A stretch of DNA of 43,190 nucleotides from an uncultured Chthonomonadaceae bacterium (GTDB lineage: Bacteria > Armatimonadota > Chthonomonadetes > Chthonomonadales > Chthonomonadaceae), in contig CAWIEK010000032.1 in assembly GCA_963835065.1 (NCBI GenBank), positions 1 through 43,190 of the forward strand, written 5' to 3'. Below the pieces are notes generated by a model that worked only from the letters and a program-made list of their open reading frames with translations, was not told where the DNA came from and did not search any database. Made by a program: the position numbers and the translations under genes. Numbering within the stretch: position 1 is the first letter of the stretch; every line of letters begins with the position of its first letter. Positions 29,415 through 38,476 of the stretch are shown in pieces.

Positions 29415-30281
29415 TTAGTCGGTAGAGCCTTTGCCGCCACCGCCGCCGATAGAGCCGCCCTGGGGCGCTAACTTGCCCTTGCCGCCGCCGCCACCACCGC
29501 CAAGCGCGGCGGGCGCGCCGACGGGAGCCGCTCCCGCCGCGCCTGCGCCGGAGGGATCAATCATCGGGTCTTTCACCGGCGGCTTGCTGCGCGGAATGAT
29601 GTACAGCGCCATATCGTAAGCCAGCAGCAGATTGGGCGTTTGCCCCGAAAGGGCTACCTTGTCAATCACAGGCATTCCATGCAGTTGCATGTTGTTGAAG
29701 CGGCGCAGATGGGCCAGCGCGTCATTGAAGGTTTTGCACTCCACTTTCACAGACCAGGGCTTGCCGTCTTCCGGGAAGGTGAGATGGCCGTTGAGCGCGT
29801 TCGTCAACTGGTTGGGGTCGGCGGAAAACTCCTTGATGGGAAATTCCGTGCCCGGCACACGTGACACGCCGCTGTTCCGCTGCGCATCGTACCACCCCGT
29901 CACCCATTGCCCCCAGACGGTGGGAATGTCGCGGAAGCCCAGCAATTGTCCCTTGCTGCTTTTCCCGACAGGCGGAAAAAAATACAGTTCAAGGTCGTTG
30001 GTTTTTTCGTTGTACGGCAGGAGCGGCATGTATTTGTTTTCGTTGACGGACCACTTGGCTTTGGTAGTCGCCGCGTCCGCTTTGGTTTTAGCGAGTTCCT
30101 TGACTTTTTGATCAATCGCCGCCTGGGTGCCGCCCGCGTCCTGCGTGGATTTTACGGAACCCGTCGTGGTTTCCAGTTCCTCATTTTTGGGCTTGACAAG
30201 CATGTACCAGAGAATGCCGGCCAGCAGCAGCCCAATCACAGCGCCAATGATATTGATGTGAAGCAATGTTAATTTTGACAT
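29415..30281 (-). CDS. PilO-like protein
   Basis: N-terminal TM helix (..WYMLVKPK), coiled coil, ferredoxin-like C-domain (TFNDALAHLRRF); overlaps pilN stop region. Confidence 0.65.
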   Translation of the reverse strand: MSKLTLLHINIIGAVIGLLLAGILWYMLVKPKNEELETTTGSVKSTQDAGGTQAAIDQKVKELAKTKADAATTKAKWSVNENKYMPLLPYNEKTNDLELYFFPPVGKSSKGQLLGFRDIPTVWGQWVTGWYDAQRNSGVSRVPGTEFPIKEFSADPNQLTNALNGHLTFPEDGKPWSVKVECKTFNDALAHLRRFNNMQLHGMPVIDKVALSGQTPNLLLAYDMALYIIPRSKPPVKDPMIDPSGAGAAGAAPVGAPAALGGGGGGGKGKLAPQGGSIGGGGGKGSTD

Positions 30282-30284
30282 GAC

Positions 30285-31202
30285 TTACTCCCTTCCTGCC
30301 GAACCCACTGCGCCGGCTCCACCAGACCCCGGGCCACCAGACCCAGGCCCACCGGAACCGGGGAAAGCGCCTGGCCCAGTCGCGTTCCCGCCGCCTCCTC
30401 CGCCCGCCGGCCATATCGGAGCGTTCGCGATCCCTTTTGCCAGCGGGTCACGCAGCGTGGCGCGCACAACAAAGTTGACGCCGGACTTGCCTTCGATGTC
30501 CGTCGGTCCAACGCCCTCAGCGGCTGCCCCGCCGCCCGCGCCGGGAAAGCCACCCGAACCACCGAAGCCGCCCGATCCACCAGGGCCGCCGGAACCTCCC
30601 GACAGGCCAATGGAAGGTCCTTTACCGCCTCCGAAACCGCCGGAGCCGGGGAAACCGCCCGGCCCGCCCGAACCCGGAGCGCCACCCGGCCCATTCGCCG
30701 ATGCGGGCGCGAAAGGATGCGTGGGAATTTGCATCACCACGTTGTCGAAAATGTCCGTGTGTTTCTTCAGATCAATCCACCAGTGCGCGATGACCATTTC
30801 ATTGGGCGCGAAGGCCGTCATGGTGAGGGTTCTGTGATCCGCGCCAATCGCCATGCTTTTGAGCAGGACATCCTTGCTGGTCACGTCGCGCATCAGTTCA
30901 AACGTGTCCGGCCAGGCCTGATTGTAGGTCTGCGCGTCCGCGATGAACTTCTGCTTGGTTTCGGTTTCCGCGATCTGGTTCTTGACGCCGCCGATTGCCG
31001 ATACCTGGGCGTCGTACTTGGATTTATAGCCGTTCGCCTTTTCCAGGTCGGCTTTGGCGGCGTCCACGTTCTTCTGAATGTTGGACGATATGACGCCGAA
31101 GACGACGATCACCCCGACAATGACGGCTACCCAAAACAGGGTCAGTTTGGGCTTGCGGCCACGCTCATTAATGTAATTGGGCAGTAGGTTAATGGGTAAC
31201 AT
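30285..31202 (-). CDS. pilN: PilN domain protein
   Basis: MLPINLLP PilM-binding motif, TM helix, coiled coil, WPDTFELMRDVTSKDVLLKSM; follows pilM. Confidence 0.8.
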   Translation of the reverse strand: MLPINLLPNYINERGRKPKLTLFWVAVIVGVIVVFGVISSNIQKNVDAAKADLEKANGYKSKYDAQVSAIGGVKNQIAETETKQKFIADAQTYNQAWPDTFELMRDVTSKDVLLKSMAIGADHRTLTMTAFAPNEMVIAHWWIDLKKHTDIFDNVVMQIPTHPFAPASANGPGGAPGSGGPGGFPGSGGFGGGKGPSIGLSGGSGGPGGSGGFGGSGGFPGAGGGAAAEGVGPTDIEGKSGVNFVVRATLRDPLAKGIANAPIWPAGGGGGGNATGPGAFPGSGGPGSGGPGSGGAGAVGSAGRE

Positions 31203-31286
31203 GCACTGTCTCCCCGACAAAAACGCGCCGAAGGTTCGGCCTCGTAGAACTTGCGAAAATGGTGTTTGGAAATAGCCGTTGGCGCT

Positions 31287-32909
31287 TTAGGCGGCTGTCG
31301 CTGCCGCCTGCTTACCCTTGGGCGCTTTCGGCGCTTTGGGCGGCTTGGGCGCTTTGCCCGGCTTGCCTTTTTTCATGGCGTTGGCGGGCGGGGCGATTAA
31401 GGGATACGCGCCCAATCCGATGCTGACCGGGAACAGCACGGCAATGTCCTGCAGGTAATCCGGCGATTGGTTTTTCGCAATCACATTCATGGTTTCCAAA
31501 GGATTGCCGATGCGGGCGGGAATACCCAACTGCTCTTCCAGAAACGGGGCCATGTTGCGCAGTTTGGCCGAGCCGCCCACAATCACCATTTCATGGATGG
31601 GCGCGTCACCCGTCTTGTTGCGGTAATAATCTATGGAGCGGCGGATTTCCTGCACCAGTTCGGCAAGGATGGGCGCAATGGCGTTGAATACGTTGATACG
31701 CATGGCTTCGCGGCCCGGATCGCCCGTCGGCGCGGCAACCGGCAGATTCGGGTCTGCAAACGGCATCGGGTCCGGCGCGGCATACGCGGTTGCGCCTGGG
31801 TTCGCAAAATCCGGCGTTGCGGGCGGCGTAAAGAAACCCGTCGCTTCGGGCGCGTTTTGAACCGGGTCCAGGCCAACGCCGGTCAAGTTATGCTGGTCGG
31901 CTTCGCCGCTGCTGAAGTCGAACGGCGTAGCGGCAGGCGGGGGCGGCGCTTCGCCCGGCGTGGAAAAGTCGAAGGGCATGCGCCCGGACGGCGAGGACGT
32001 GGGGCCGGTTCCGGGAACCGGAGCCGCCGGGTCAACGGGCAGGGGCGCAGGCTGGGCGGGATCGGTAAAGTCCATAAAGCCGCCGGGAGCGCCGAAGTCA
32101 CCACCGCCGAAACCACCGCCTGCGCCACCAAATTGGTCGAAAGCCTGCGGCGCGGCCTGTCCCATGATTACTTCGCCCACGTCGCGCTTCATCTGCTCGG
32201 CTGTGGCAAGATCAACATGCAGTTCGTTGGCGATGGCGCGGGTAAAGTTGTCGCCGGCCAGGCTCAGGGTGCGCGGAAAGGCCAGCAGTTTGTCCCGGAA
32301 AATGGAGACGTCCGTGTTGCTCGCGCCGATATTGATAATCGCTACCGTGTGTCCCGGCGCCTGGGAGGTGGAGGGAATGGTCAGCAGCGCGCGTCCCGCC
32401 GCGAGCGGCTCTACGTCAATGGCTTTGGGCTTCAATCCCGCCTTGAACAGCATCTCGACGTGGCGGTCAATCATTTCCTGCTGCGCGACGGCGAGGCATA
32501 CTTCCATGTTCTGCCCATCGCCGTAGCCTTCGGGACGCGTAATGGGCTGGTAGTCCATAACCACTTCGCTGGCATTGAAGGGAACCTGGCGCTCCACTTC
32601 CCACTTCATCGTTTCGGCGAGTTCCGCCGCGTTCATCTGTGGCACGTCAATCACGCGCACGACGACGGCGGATTGTCCCGATACGCTGCTGATGACGTCC
32701 CCGCCGCCGATGCCGGCTTTTTTGAGCAGCGCCTTGACCGCCTGCGCCAGCATTTGCGGGTCAATGATCGCGCTGTTTTCAAAGGCTTCTTGGGGCGTGG
32801 GCGCAACATCTAAAGACACGACTTCGATGCCTTTGCTCCCTTTGCGCACAGAAGCAACCTTGATGAGATTGGAACCGATGTCCAAACCGATGTAGGAACC
32901 GCCTGCCAT
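31287..32909 (-). CDS. pilM: Type IV pilus assembly protein PilM with long low-complexity insertion
   Basis: IGLDIGSNLIKV, MKWEVERQVPF, AIDVEPLA, INIGASNT, ELVQEIRRSIDYY, VGGSAKL, SIGLG. Confidence 0.92.
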   Translation of the reverse strand: MAGGSYIGLDIGSNLIKVASVRKGSKGIEVVSLDVAPTPQEAFENSAIIDPQMLAQAVKALLKKAGIGGGDVISSVSGQSAVVVRVIDVPQMNAAELAETMKWEVERQVPFNASEVVMDYQPITRPEGYGDGQNMEVCLAVAQQEMIDRHVEMLFKAGLKPKAIDVEPLAAGRALLTIPSTSQAPGHTVAIINIGASNTDVSIFRDKLLAFPRTLSLAGDNFTRAIANELHVDLATAEQMKRDVGEVIMGQAAPQAFDQFGGAGGGFGGGDFGAPGGFMDFTDPAQPAPLPVDPAAPVPGTGPTSSPSGRMPFDFSTPGEAPPPPAATPFDFSSGEADQHNLTGVGLDPVQNAPEATGFFTPPATPDFANPGATAYAAPDPMPFADPNLPVAAPTGDPGREAMRINVFNAIAPILAELVQEIRRSIDYYRNKTGDAPIHEMVIVGGSAKLRNMAPFLEEQLGIPARIGNPLETMNVIAKNQSPDYLQDIAVLFPVSIGLGAYPLIAPPANAMKKGKPGKAPKPPKAPKAPKGKQAAATAA

Positions 32910-33466
32910 GATTTGCTATCCTTAATTGTGGCTGCTATGGTGGCTGCCGCGTTCGGGCGTTCGGGAAAAGAGCGCCGGACGGGTCAGCGGGCATACGTTG
33001 GGAAATTTCGCGTTTCTGGTTTCATCCGAGTGGCGACGGGACGTCGGCAATCTGACCGACAGGACGCCGACAATGCAGGGTATCGGATGCGGAATCACCG
33101 CCGCGCAGGAGGTCTGGAAAGCGCGTACAGGCGAGTGGTGGGTTTTTTGGGTACAACACATCTTCATTGTATCCGTTTTGAACGCGCCTGTCAACTCCCC
33201 ACCTGCCGCAGAACGGTATTTTTCACCGCCTGCCTGCAAAAACGCCGCGCCCCGCTGCGTCCCTTGCTATTCCTACCTCTTTTGTTGCGTATTACAGGCA
33301 AAGGGTTCACGCGCGTATTGGCCCTCAACCCCTAACCCTTAATCTGAAAGATGGGTATTCAGGTGTTCGGGCATTTCCATACGGAGTGGCGAACGCAGTT
33401 CATAGAATTCTCTCTAAAGTTGGGAGAGGGGAACCTATGAAATAGATTCTTAAATTGAGCGAAACC

Positions 33467-33583
33467 ATGCTGACCTACAAGAAAATCACAAAAATCAAGC
33501 GTGTGCCCGTCCACACCACTGTTTACAATTTTCATGTGCCCGGCACGGAATCCTACCTTGCCAACGGCATTGTGACGCACAAC
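33467..33583 (+). other. Intein C-terminal fragment (IntC, blocks F and G)
   Basis: MLTYKKITKIKRVPVHTTVYNFHVPGTESYLANGIVTHN followed by Cys; VYN..V...SY.ANG..THN/C is the canonical intein C-terminal splice junction. Confidence 0.92.
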
Positions 33584-34348
33584 TGTTACGTTAGCCGGCG
33601 GAAGGGCGCGGCGAACCCGATTACCACGTTTGTCAATATCGAGCAGATTTGCGGCTATCTGGCGCGTCATGCGATGCGGCAGGGGGCAAAAACCGAACCT
33701 ACGATGGCTGACGCGCATTTGTGGACGTATGAACTCGGAACCAACAGCGACTGCGCCGCCGACGCGCTGGTATCCGACAACATCAAAGACCTTGTCGCCC
33801 TGTACCGAACGCTTCCCAACGCCAAAGCGACGTTTGCCACCAAGTACGTCAACCGCGACCTGCTCGGCTACGATCCGCAGGGCAAAACTCGGCTGCGCTT
33901 CAGCCTGATGCCGCCCCATGTCGCCAAAGTGGTGGATGTTCGCACATCTAAAGTGATTGACCGCATTACTGCCATCAATGATTTCGTGGAAGCCGGGTAC
34001 GAAGTGAACGTCAACTTCGCGCCCGTGATTGTGTACGACGGCTGGCTGGAAGATTACGCGGAACTGTTTGTGATGCTCGACGACCATCTCAGCCCGCGCG
34101 CCAAACAGCAAATGGCGGCGGAAGTGGCGTTTCTGACCCACAATGAGGAACTGCACGAGGTCAACCTGGGCTGGCATCCCAAAGGGGAGGAATGGCTGTG
34201 GATGCCGGAAATTCAGGAAACCAAAATCTCCGGCACGGGCGGCAAGAACCTGCGCTACAAGGTGAAACTCAAGCGGAAGTGGGTTGAGCAGTTCTGCGCC
34301 CTGCTGCGCGAAAAACTGCCCTACTGTCCCATCCGCTACGCCTTTTGA
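33467..34348 (+). CDS. IntC fused to the C-terminal part of a spore photoproduct lyase-family radical SAM protein
   Basis: After THN: CYVSRRKGAANPITTFVNIEQI, YELGTNSDC, ATFATKYVN, TRLRFSLMP, EVNVNFAPVI, FLTHN, RYK, IRYAF, matching SPL-family proteins from the third Cys of the SAM motif onward. Confidence 0.88.
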   Translation: MLTYKKITKIKRVPVHTTVYNFHVPGTESYLANGIVTHNCYVSRRKGAANPITTFVNIEQICGYLARHAMRQGAKTEPTMADAHLWTYELGTNSDCAADALVSDNIKDLVALYRTLPNAKATFATKYVNRDLLGYDPQGKTRLRFSLMPPHVAKVVDVRTSKVIDRITAINDFVEAGYEVNVNFAPVIVYDGWLEDYAELFVMLDDHLSPRAKQQMAAEVAFLTHNEELHEVNLGWHPKGEEWLWMPEIQETKISGTGGKNLRYKVKLKRKWVEQFCALLREKLPYCPIRYAF

Positions 34349-34540
34349 GGAAAGAAAAGAAGATGGTTAAAGATGCTGTAGGGGGATGCAACTACAAAGC
34401 GGAAGGCCATGAGCCGATGTAAATGAAAGCAGGAAGTATCTTCCCGCATGCGGAATACTGTTGCCAGAACCGCCCACAAAGCGCTTGCACTCGAACTCCT
34501 CATCTAAATGGAGTTCACGTCACCGAGTTAGGAAATAAGA

Positions 34541-36520
34541 ATGGAGCTGACTCTTGCGCCCGTTCGCGCGGAATTGCCGACGCGAACGCTGCTGCATTTG
34601 ATGGCTTTGGCGCGGGAAGGGGATCGCCGCGAAGGCATCCTGCTGCGCCAGAGCAAAGGCTGGTTTCAGGTATCGGGCACGGGACACGAGGCGCTGGCTG
34701 CGCTGATGTTTGCGCTGCGCCCCGACGATTATCTGTTTCCCTATTACCGGGATCGCGCGCTCGCCCTGGCGCGGGGCGTGTCCAACTACGATTTGGCGCT
34801 TGCGTATTTCGCCAAACGGGACAGCAGCAGCGGCGGGCGGCAAATGCCCGGCCATATCAGCGACCGAGAACGCAACATCTTTTCCGTCGCCACACCCACC
34901 GCCTCGCAATGCCTGCCCGCTGTCGGCGCGGCGTGGGGTTTTCGGATGGAGGGAAGCGATCAGGTTGTCGTCACGACAATCGGGGATGCGGCCACGCGGC
35001 AGGGGGAGTTTTACGAAGCGCTTGCGTTCGCGCTGCAGGAAAAGCTGCCCGTCCTTTTTGTCATTGAAGACAACCGCTACGGCATCAGCACCCCGACTGC
35101 CAAATTCTTCCCCTATAATCTGGGCGCGTTGGGCGAGGATAGCCTGATCCGCATAGACGCCCGCGATCCCTCTCTTGTTTACGAAGCCGGTAAGAAATGG
35201 GTGGCGGGCGCGCGCAGGGGAGCCGGTCCTGCCGTGCTGTGGTGCGAACTGGACAGGCTGTGTTCGCACACCAGCAGCGACGATCAGCGCTTGTACCGCG
35301 CCATTGAAGACCTTTCCTGCGACGCGGAGCGCGACCCTATCGAGATGCTGGTTCGCCGCCTGATACGGGAAGGCGCCTTGACACTGGAAGAATGGGAAGC
35401 GGAACAGATAGAAATCGCGCGGCAGGTGGATGCCGAGTACCGCGCGGCGGAAACGGCTGCCGACCCCGACCCTGGCGACGTGATGACGCACCTGTTCGGG
35501 CCGGCTGCGCCCCTTGTGCCGCCGCCCGTCCGCTTTTCGGGCGAGATTACGATGGTAGGCGCGGTCAATCAAACGCTGGCGAAAGCGCTGGAAGAAGACT
35601 CGCGCGTTCTGATGCTGGGCGAAGACATTGAAGACCCCAAGGGCGGCGTCTTCGGCCTGACCAAAGGGCTGTCGAGGCAGTTTCCCGGCAGGGTCGTCAA
35701 CGCGCCTCTGGCTGAAGCGACGATTGTGGGCGCGGCGGTAGGACTGGCAAGCGTGGGCTGGAAACCCGTGTTCGAGGTACAGTTCATAGATTTTCTATGC
35801 CCCGCGCTCAACCAATTGATGACGCAGGTGGCGTCCCTGCGCTGGCGGACATGCGGCGCGTGGGCGTGTCCCATGACGCTGATCGCTCCATACGGCGCGT
35901 ACCTGCCGGGCGGCAGCCTGTGGCACAGCGAAAGCAACGAGGGGATGTGGGCGCACATTCACGGCCTGAACGTTGTGGTTCCCAGTACGGCGGAGGACGC
36001 GGCGGGACTGTTGTGGACGGCCATTCAGGGCAACGATCCCACGCTGTTTTTGCTGCCCAAGCATATTTTCCGCAAGCGCGCGCCCGCCAATCCCAACCCT
36101 GAAGCGATTCCATTAGGGCAGGCGATTGTCCGGCGAACGGGCGAGGATGTCACGCTTGTCGCGTGGGGCAACTGCCTGGAACTGGCCGAAGAAGCCGCCG
36201 ACCATGCGCAGGACGAAGGCGTGTCCGTGGAAATCATTGACCTGCGCTGCATCGCGCCCTGCGATTACGCCACCATCGAAACGTCGCTGCGGCATACAGG
36301 GCGGCTGGTTGTGGTGCAGGAAGACGGGCGCACAACCGGCTTCGGGCAATGCCTGATTACGGAAATGACGGCCTACCCGGAGCGTTTCAACTTGTTCCTG
36401 TCTTCGCCGCAACTGGTCGCCCGCAAGGACACGCACATTCCTTACAACCCCATATTGGAATACGCCGTCCTTCCCGATTTGCAGCAGGTTCTCGCAGCCA
36501 TTCGGCTGACGATGGAGTAG
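34541..36520 (+). CDS. Fused E1 alpha/beta 2-oxoacid dehydrogenase (branched-chain/pyruvate type)
   Basis: GTGHEA, PYYRD, GGRQMPGH, TPP motif GDAATRQG..EDNRYGIS, SHTSSDD, GEDI..GGVF, PLAEATIVG, WHSE, IIDLR. Confidence 0.93.
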   Translation: MELTLAPVRAELPTRTLLHLMALAREGDRREGILLRQSKGWFQVSGTGHEALAALMFALRPDDYLFPYYRDRALALARGVSNYDLALAYFAKRDSSSGGRQMPGHISDRERNIFSVATPTASQCLPAVGAAWGFRMEGSDQVVVTTIGDAATRQGEFYEALAFALQEKLPVLFVIEDNRYGISTPTAKFFPYNLGALGEDSLIRIDARDPSLVYEAGKKWVAGARRGAGPAVLWCELDRLCSHTSSDDQRLYRAIEDLSCDAERDPIEMLVRRLIREGALTLEEWEAEQIEIARQVDAEYRAAETAADPDPGDVMTHLFGPAAPLVPPPVRFSGEITMVGAVNQTLAKALEEDSRVLMLGEDIEDPKGGVFGLTKGLSRQFPGRVVNAPLAEATIVGAAVGLASVGWKPVFEVQFIDFLCPALNQLMTQVASLRWRTCGAWACPMTLIAPYGAYLPGGSLWHSESNEGMWAHIHGLNVVVPSTAEDAAGLLWTAIQGNDPTLFLLPKHIFRKRAPANPNPEAIPLGQAIVRRTGEDVTLVAWGNCLELAEEAADHAQDEGVSVEIIDLRCIAPCDYATIETSLRHTGRLVVVQEDGRTTGFGQCLITEMTAYPERFNLFLSSPQLVARKDTHIPYNPILEYAVLPDLQQVLAAIRLTME

Positions 36521-36608
36521 AAAAACAGGGTTTCAGGTGTTGGATTGTGCCGCCAAATGAGGGTAGAAACTAAAACCCTGAAACCCACCAGAAACGAAGG
36601 TCCGCTCA

Positions 36609-37823
36609 ATGTCCGATTCCACGTTTTTAACCAGAGTCACGCTGACAAACTACAAGAGCATCGCGCATTGCGACGTGCAAATGCGCCCGCTCATGTTCCT
36701 TGTCGGACCAAATGGCGCGGGCAAAAGCAACTTTCTCGACGCCCTCCGCTTCGTATCGGACGCGCTCAATACGTCATTGGATCATGCCATTCGTAAGCGT
36801 GGTGGCTTTGAGCAGGTAAGTTGTCAGACATCAGGTGATAACTACTTCATCGTCCGTCTGGAATTCCTCTTGCCAACCGGCGAAACAGGATGTTACGGCT
36901 TTGAAATTTTACAAGTTGAAGCGAATCAGTACAACGTACTGTCTGAGGAGTGTCGGGTACATTTGGGCGGCGTTACCGACAAAGAAGCCTATTTTTACGT
37001 TGAAAATAGAAACGTGACAACGAGTGAACCCGTCGTGCCCGTTGCCTCTGACGACCGTCTATACCTTGTCGCTGCTTCCGGTCTTCCCCCATTCCGTCCT
37101 GTATACGACGCCCTTACGCGCATGGCGTTCTACAACCTGAACCCGGAGAAGTTGCGTGATTTGCAGCAGACCGATTGGGGTACATTGCTGACCCATGACG
37201 GCGACAATATTACCAGTGTTCTTCAAACCCTGATGGGCTATGCGCCTAACATAAAACAGCGCATCGAAGAGTATCTGGCGGTCATCGTTCCAGGGATTAC
37301 AGGAGTGAACGTAGAAGACTATGGGCCGAAAGAGATGTTAGAATTCAAACAGCAGGTTGAAGGAGGGTATAAAACATCGAATTTTCCGGCTTCCAGTATG
37401 TCGGACGGCACGTTGCGCGCGCTTGGCATACTCGTTGCTTTGTTTCAGACGGGTGGGGAGAGAAATGTTCTGATACCCCTTGTCGGGATTGAGGAGCCGG
37501 AAACCGCGCTGCACCCCGCCGCTGTCGCCGTTCTGCTGGACGCGCTGGAAGAGGCGAGCCTGACGCGGCAGGTGTTGATTACCAGTCATAGCGCCGATCT
37601 GCTGGACAACAAGCGCATTGATCCCGACGCCCTGCTTGCCGTTGCCGCGCGGGATGGCAAAACAGAAATCGGGCCGATTGATGCGGCCAGCCGTTCGGTA
37701 TTGCGCGATCATCTGTTTACGGCAGGAGAAATGCTCCGCATGAGTCAGTTTGCCCCGGACACAAACGCTCAGTCTTCCGAAACGGCAGACAGGTCGCCAC
37801 TCCCGGACGAACACGCCGCATGA
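36609..37823 (+). CDS. AAA/ABC-type ATPase (AAA_21/AAA_15-like)
   Basis: NYKSI, GPNGAGKSN, MSDGTLR, IEEPETALHP, ITSHSADLL. Confidence 0.9.
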   Translation: MSDSTFLTRVTLTNYKSIAHCDVQMRPLMFLVGPNGAGKSNFLDALRFVSDALNTSLDHAIRKRGGFEQVSCQTSGDNYFIVRLEFLLPTGETGCYGFEILQVEANQYNVLSEECRVHLGGVTDKEAYFYVENRNVTTSEPVVPVASDDRLYLVAASGLPPFRPVYDALTRMAFYNLNPEKLRDLQQTDWGTLLTHDGDNITSVLQTLMGYAPNIKQRIEEYLAVIVPGITGVNVEDYGPKEMLEFKQQVEGGYKTSNFPASSMSDGTLRALGILVALFQTGGERNVLIPLVGIEEPETALHPAAVAVLLDALEEASLTRQVLITSHSADLLDNKRIDPDALLAVAARDGKTEIGPIDAASRSVLRDHLFTAGEMLRMSQFAPDTNAQSSETADRSPLPDEHAA

Positions 37824-38412
37824 AACGGGTCAACCTTGCCTGTATTGTGGAAGGGGAAGGCGACGCAAAGGCCGTTCCCATTCTGGCGCGACGCATTGCG
37901 CGCGAGATTGATCCCGCCGTATATCTGAACACGCCTGACGAAGCGATCCGCGTACCCCGGGGTAAAATTGTCAAACCGGGTGAATTGGATCGGTATGTTA
38001 CGCTGGCAGCGAAAAACACAGGCGCGGCGCGATCCTGATACTCATAGACGCAGACGCGGACTGCCCGGCGATTTTGGCTCCCCAACTTCTGCTGCGGGCG
38101 CAAACCATACGCTCCGACATGCCCATTGCTGTCATTCTCGCGCAGATGGAATATGAGGCATGGTTCCTTGCCGCCGCGCTTTCCCTACGCGGACAGCAGG
38201 GACTTGCCGCCACGCTGGAGCCGCCGCCCGACCCGGAAGCCCATTCCGGCGCGAAAGAGTGGCTGCGCAGACACATGGAAGGCAGCCGCTCGTACAAAGA
38301 AACGGTGGATCAGCCCGCCCTGACACGGCTATTTGATCTCACCGCCGCCCGCCAAACCGCCTCCTTCGACAAACTCTGGCGCGACATGGAGCGGCTTCTT
38401 ACCGAACTGTAA
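37820..38412 (+). CDS. DUF4276 family (TOPRIM-like) protein; frameshift near 38030
   Basis: IVEGEGDAKAVPIL, then shifted ILILIDADADCP, EYEAWFLA, AKEWL, YKETVDQ, SFDKL; ATGA overlap with ATPase stop. Confidence 0.82.
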
Positions 38413-38476
38413 CCGCAACGTTTCGAGCAGGAATTTCCCGCTTGTCCTGTGAAACACTATTGCAGAATGATTAAAT

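Noticed and set aside
33437..33466. In-frame ATG AAA TAG after a good RBS upstream of the IntC, suggesting amber readthrough
   Set aside because: It would add only 10 residues with no intein or SPL similarity, and there is no evidence of pyrrolysine machinery; at most a translational-coupling mini-ORF.
33467..33583. Polymorphic-toxin HINT or bacterial intein-like domain instead of a true intein
   Set aside because: The junction THN/C falls exactly at a conserved catalytic Cys of an enzyme, typical of true inteins; no toxin or immunity context.
34541..36520. Alpha/beta fusion of E1 as a novelty
   Set aside because: Fused E1 is well known in Bacteroidota, Chlamydiota, Planctomycetota and others.
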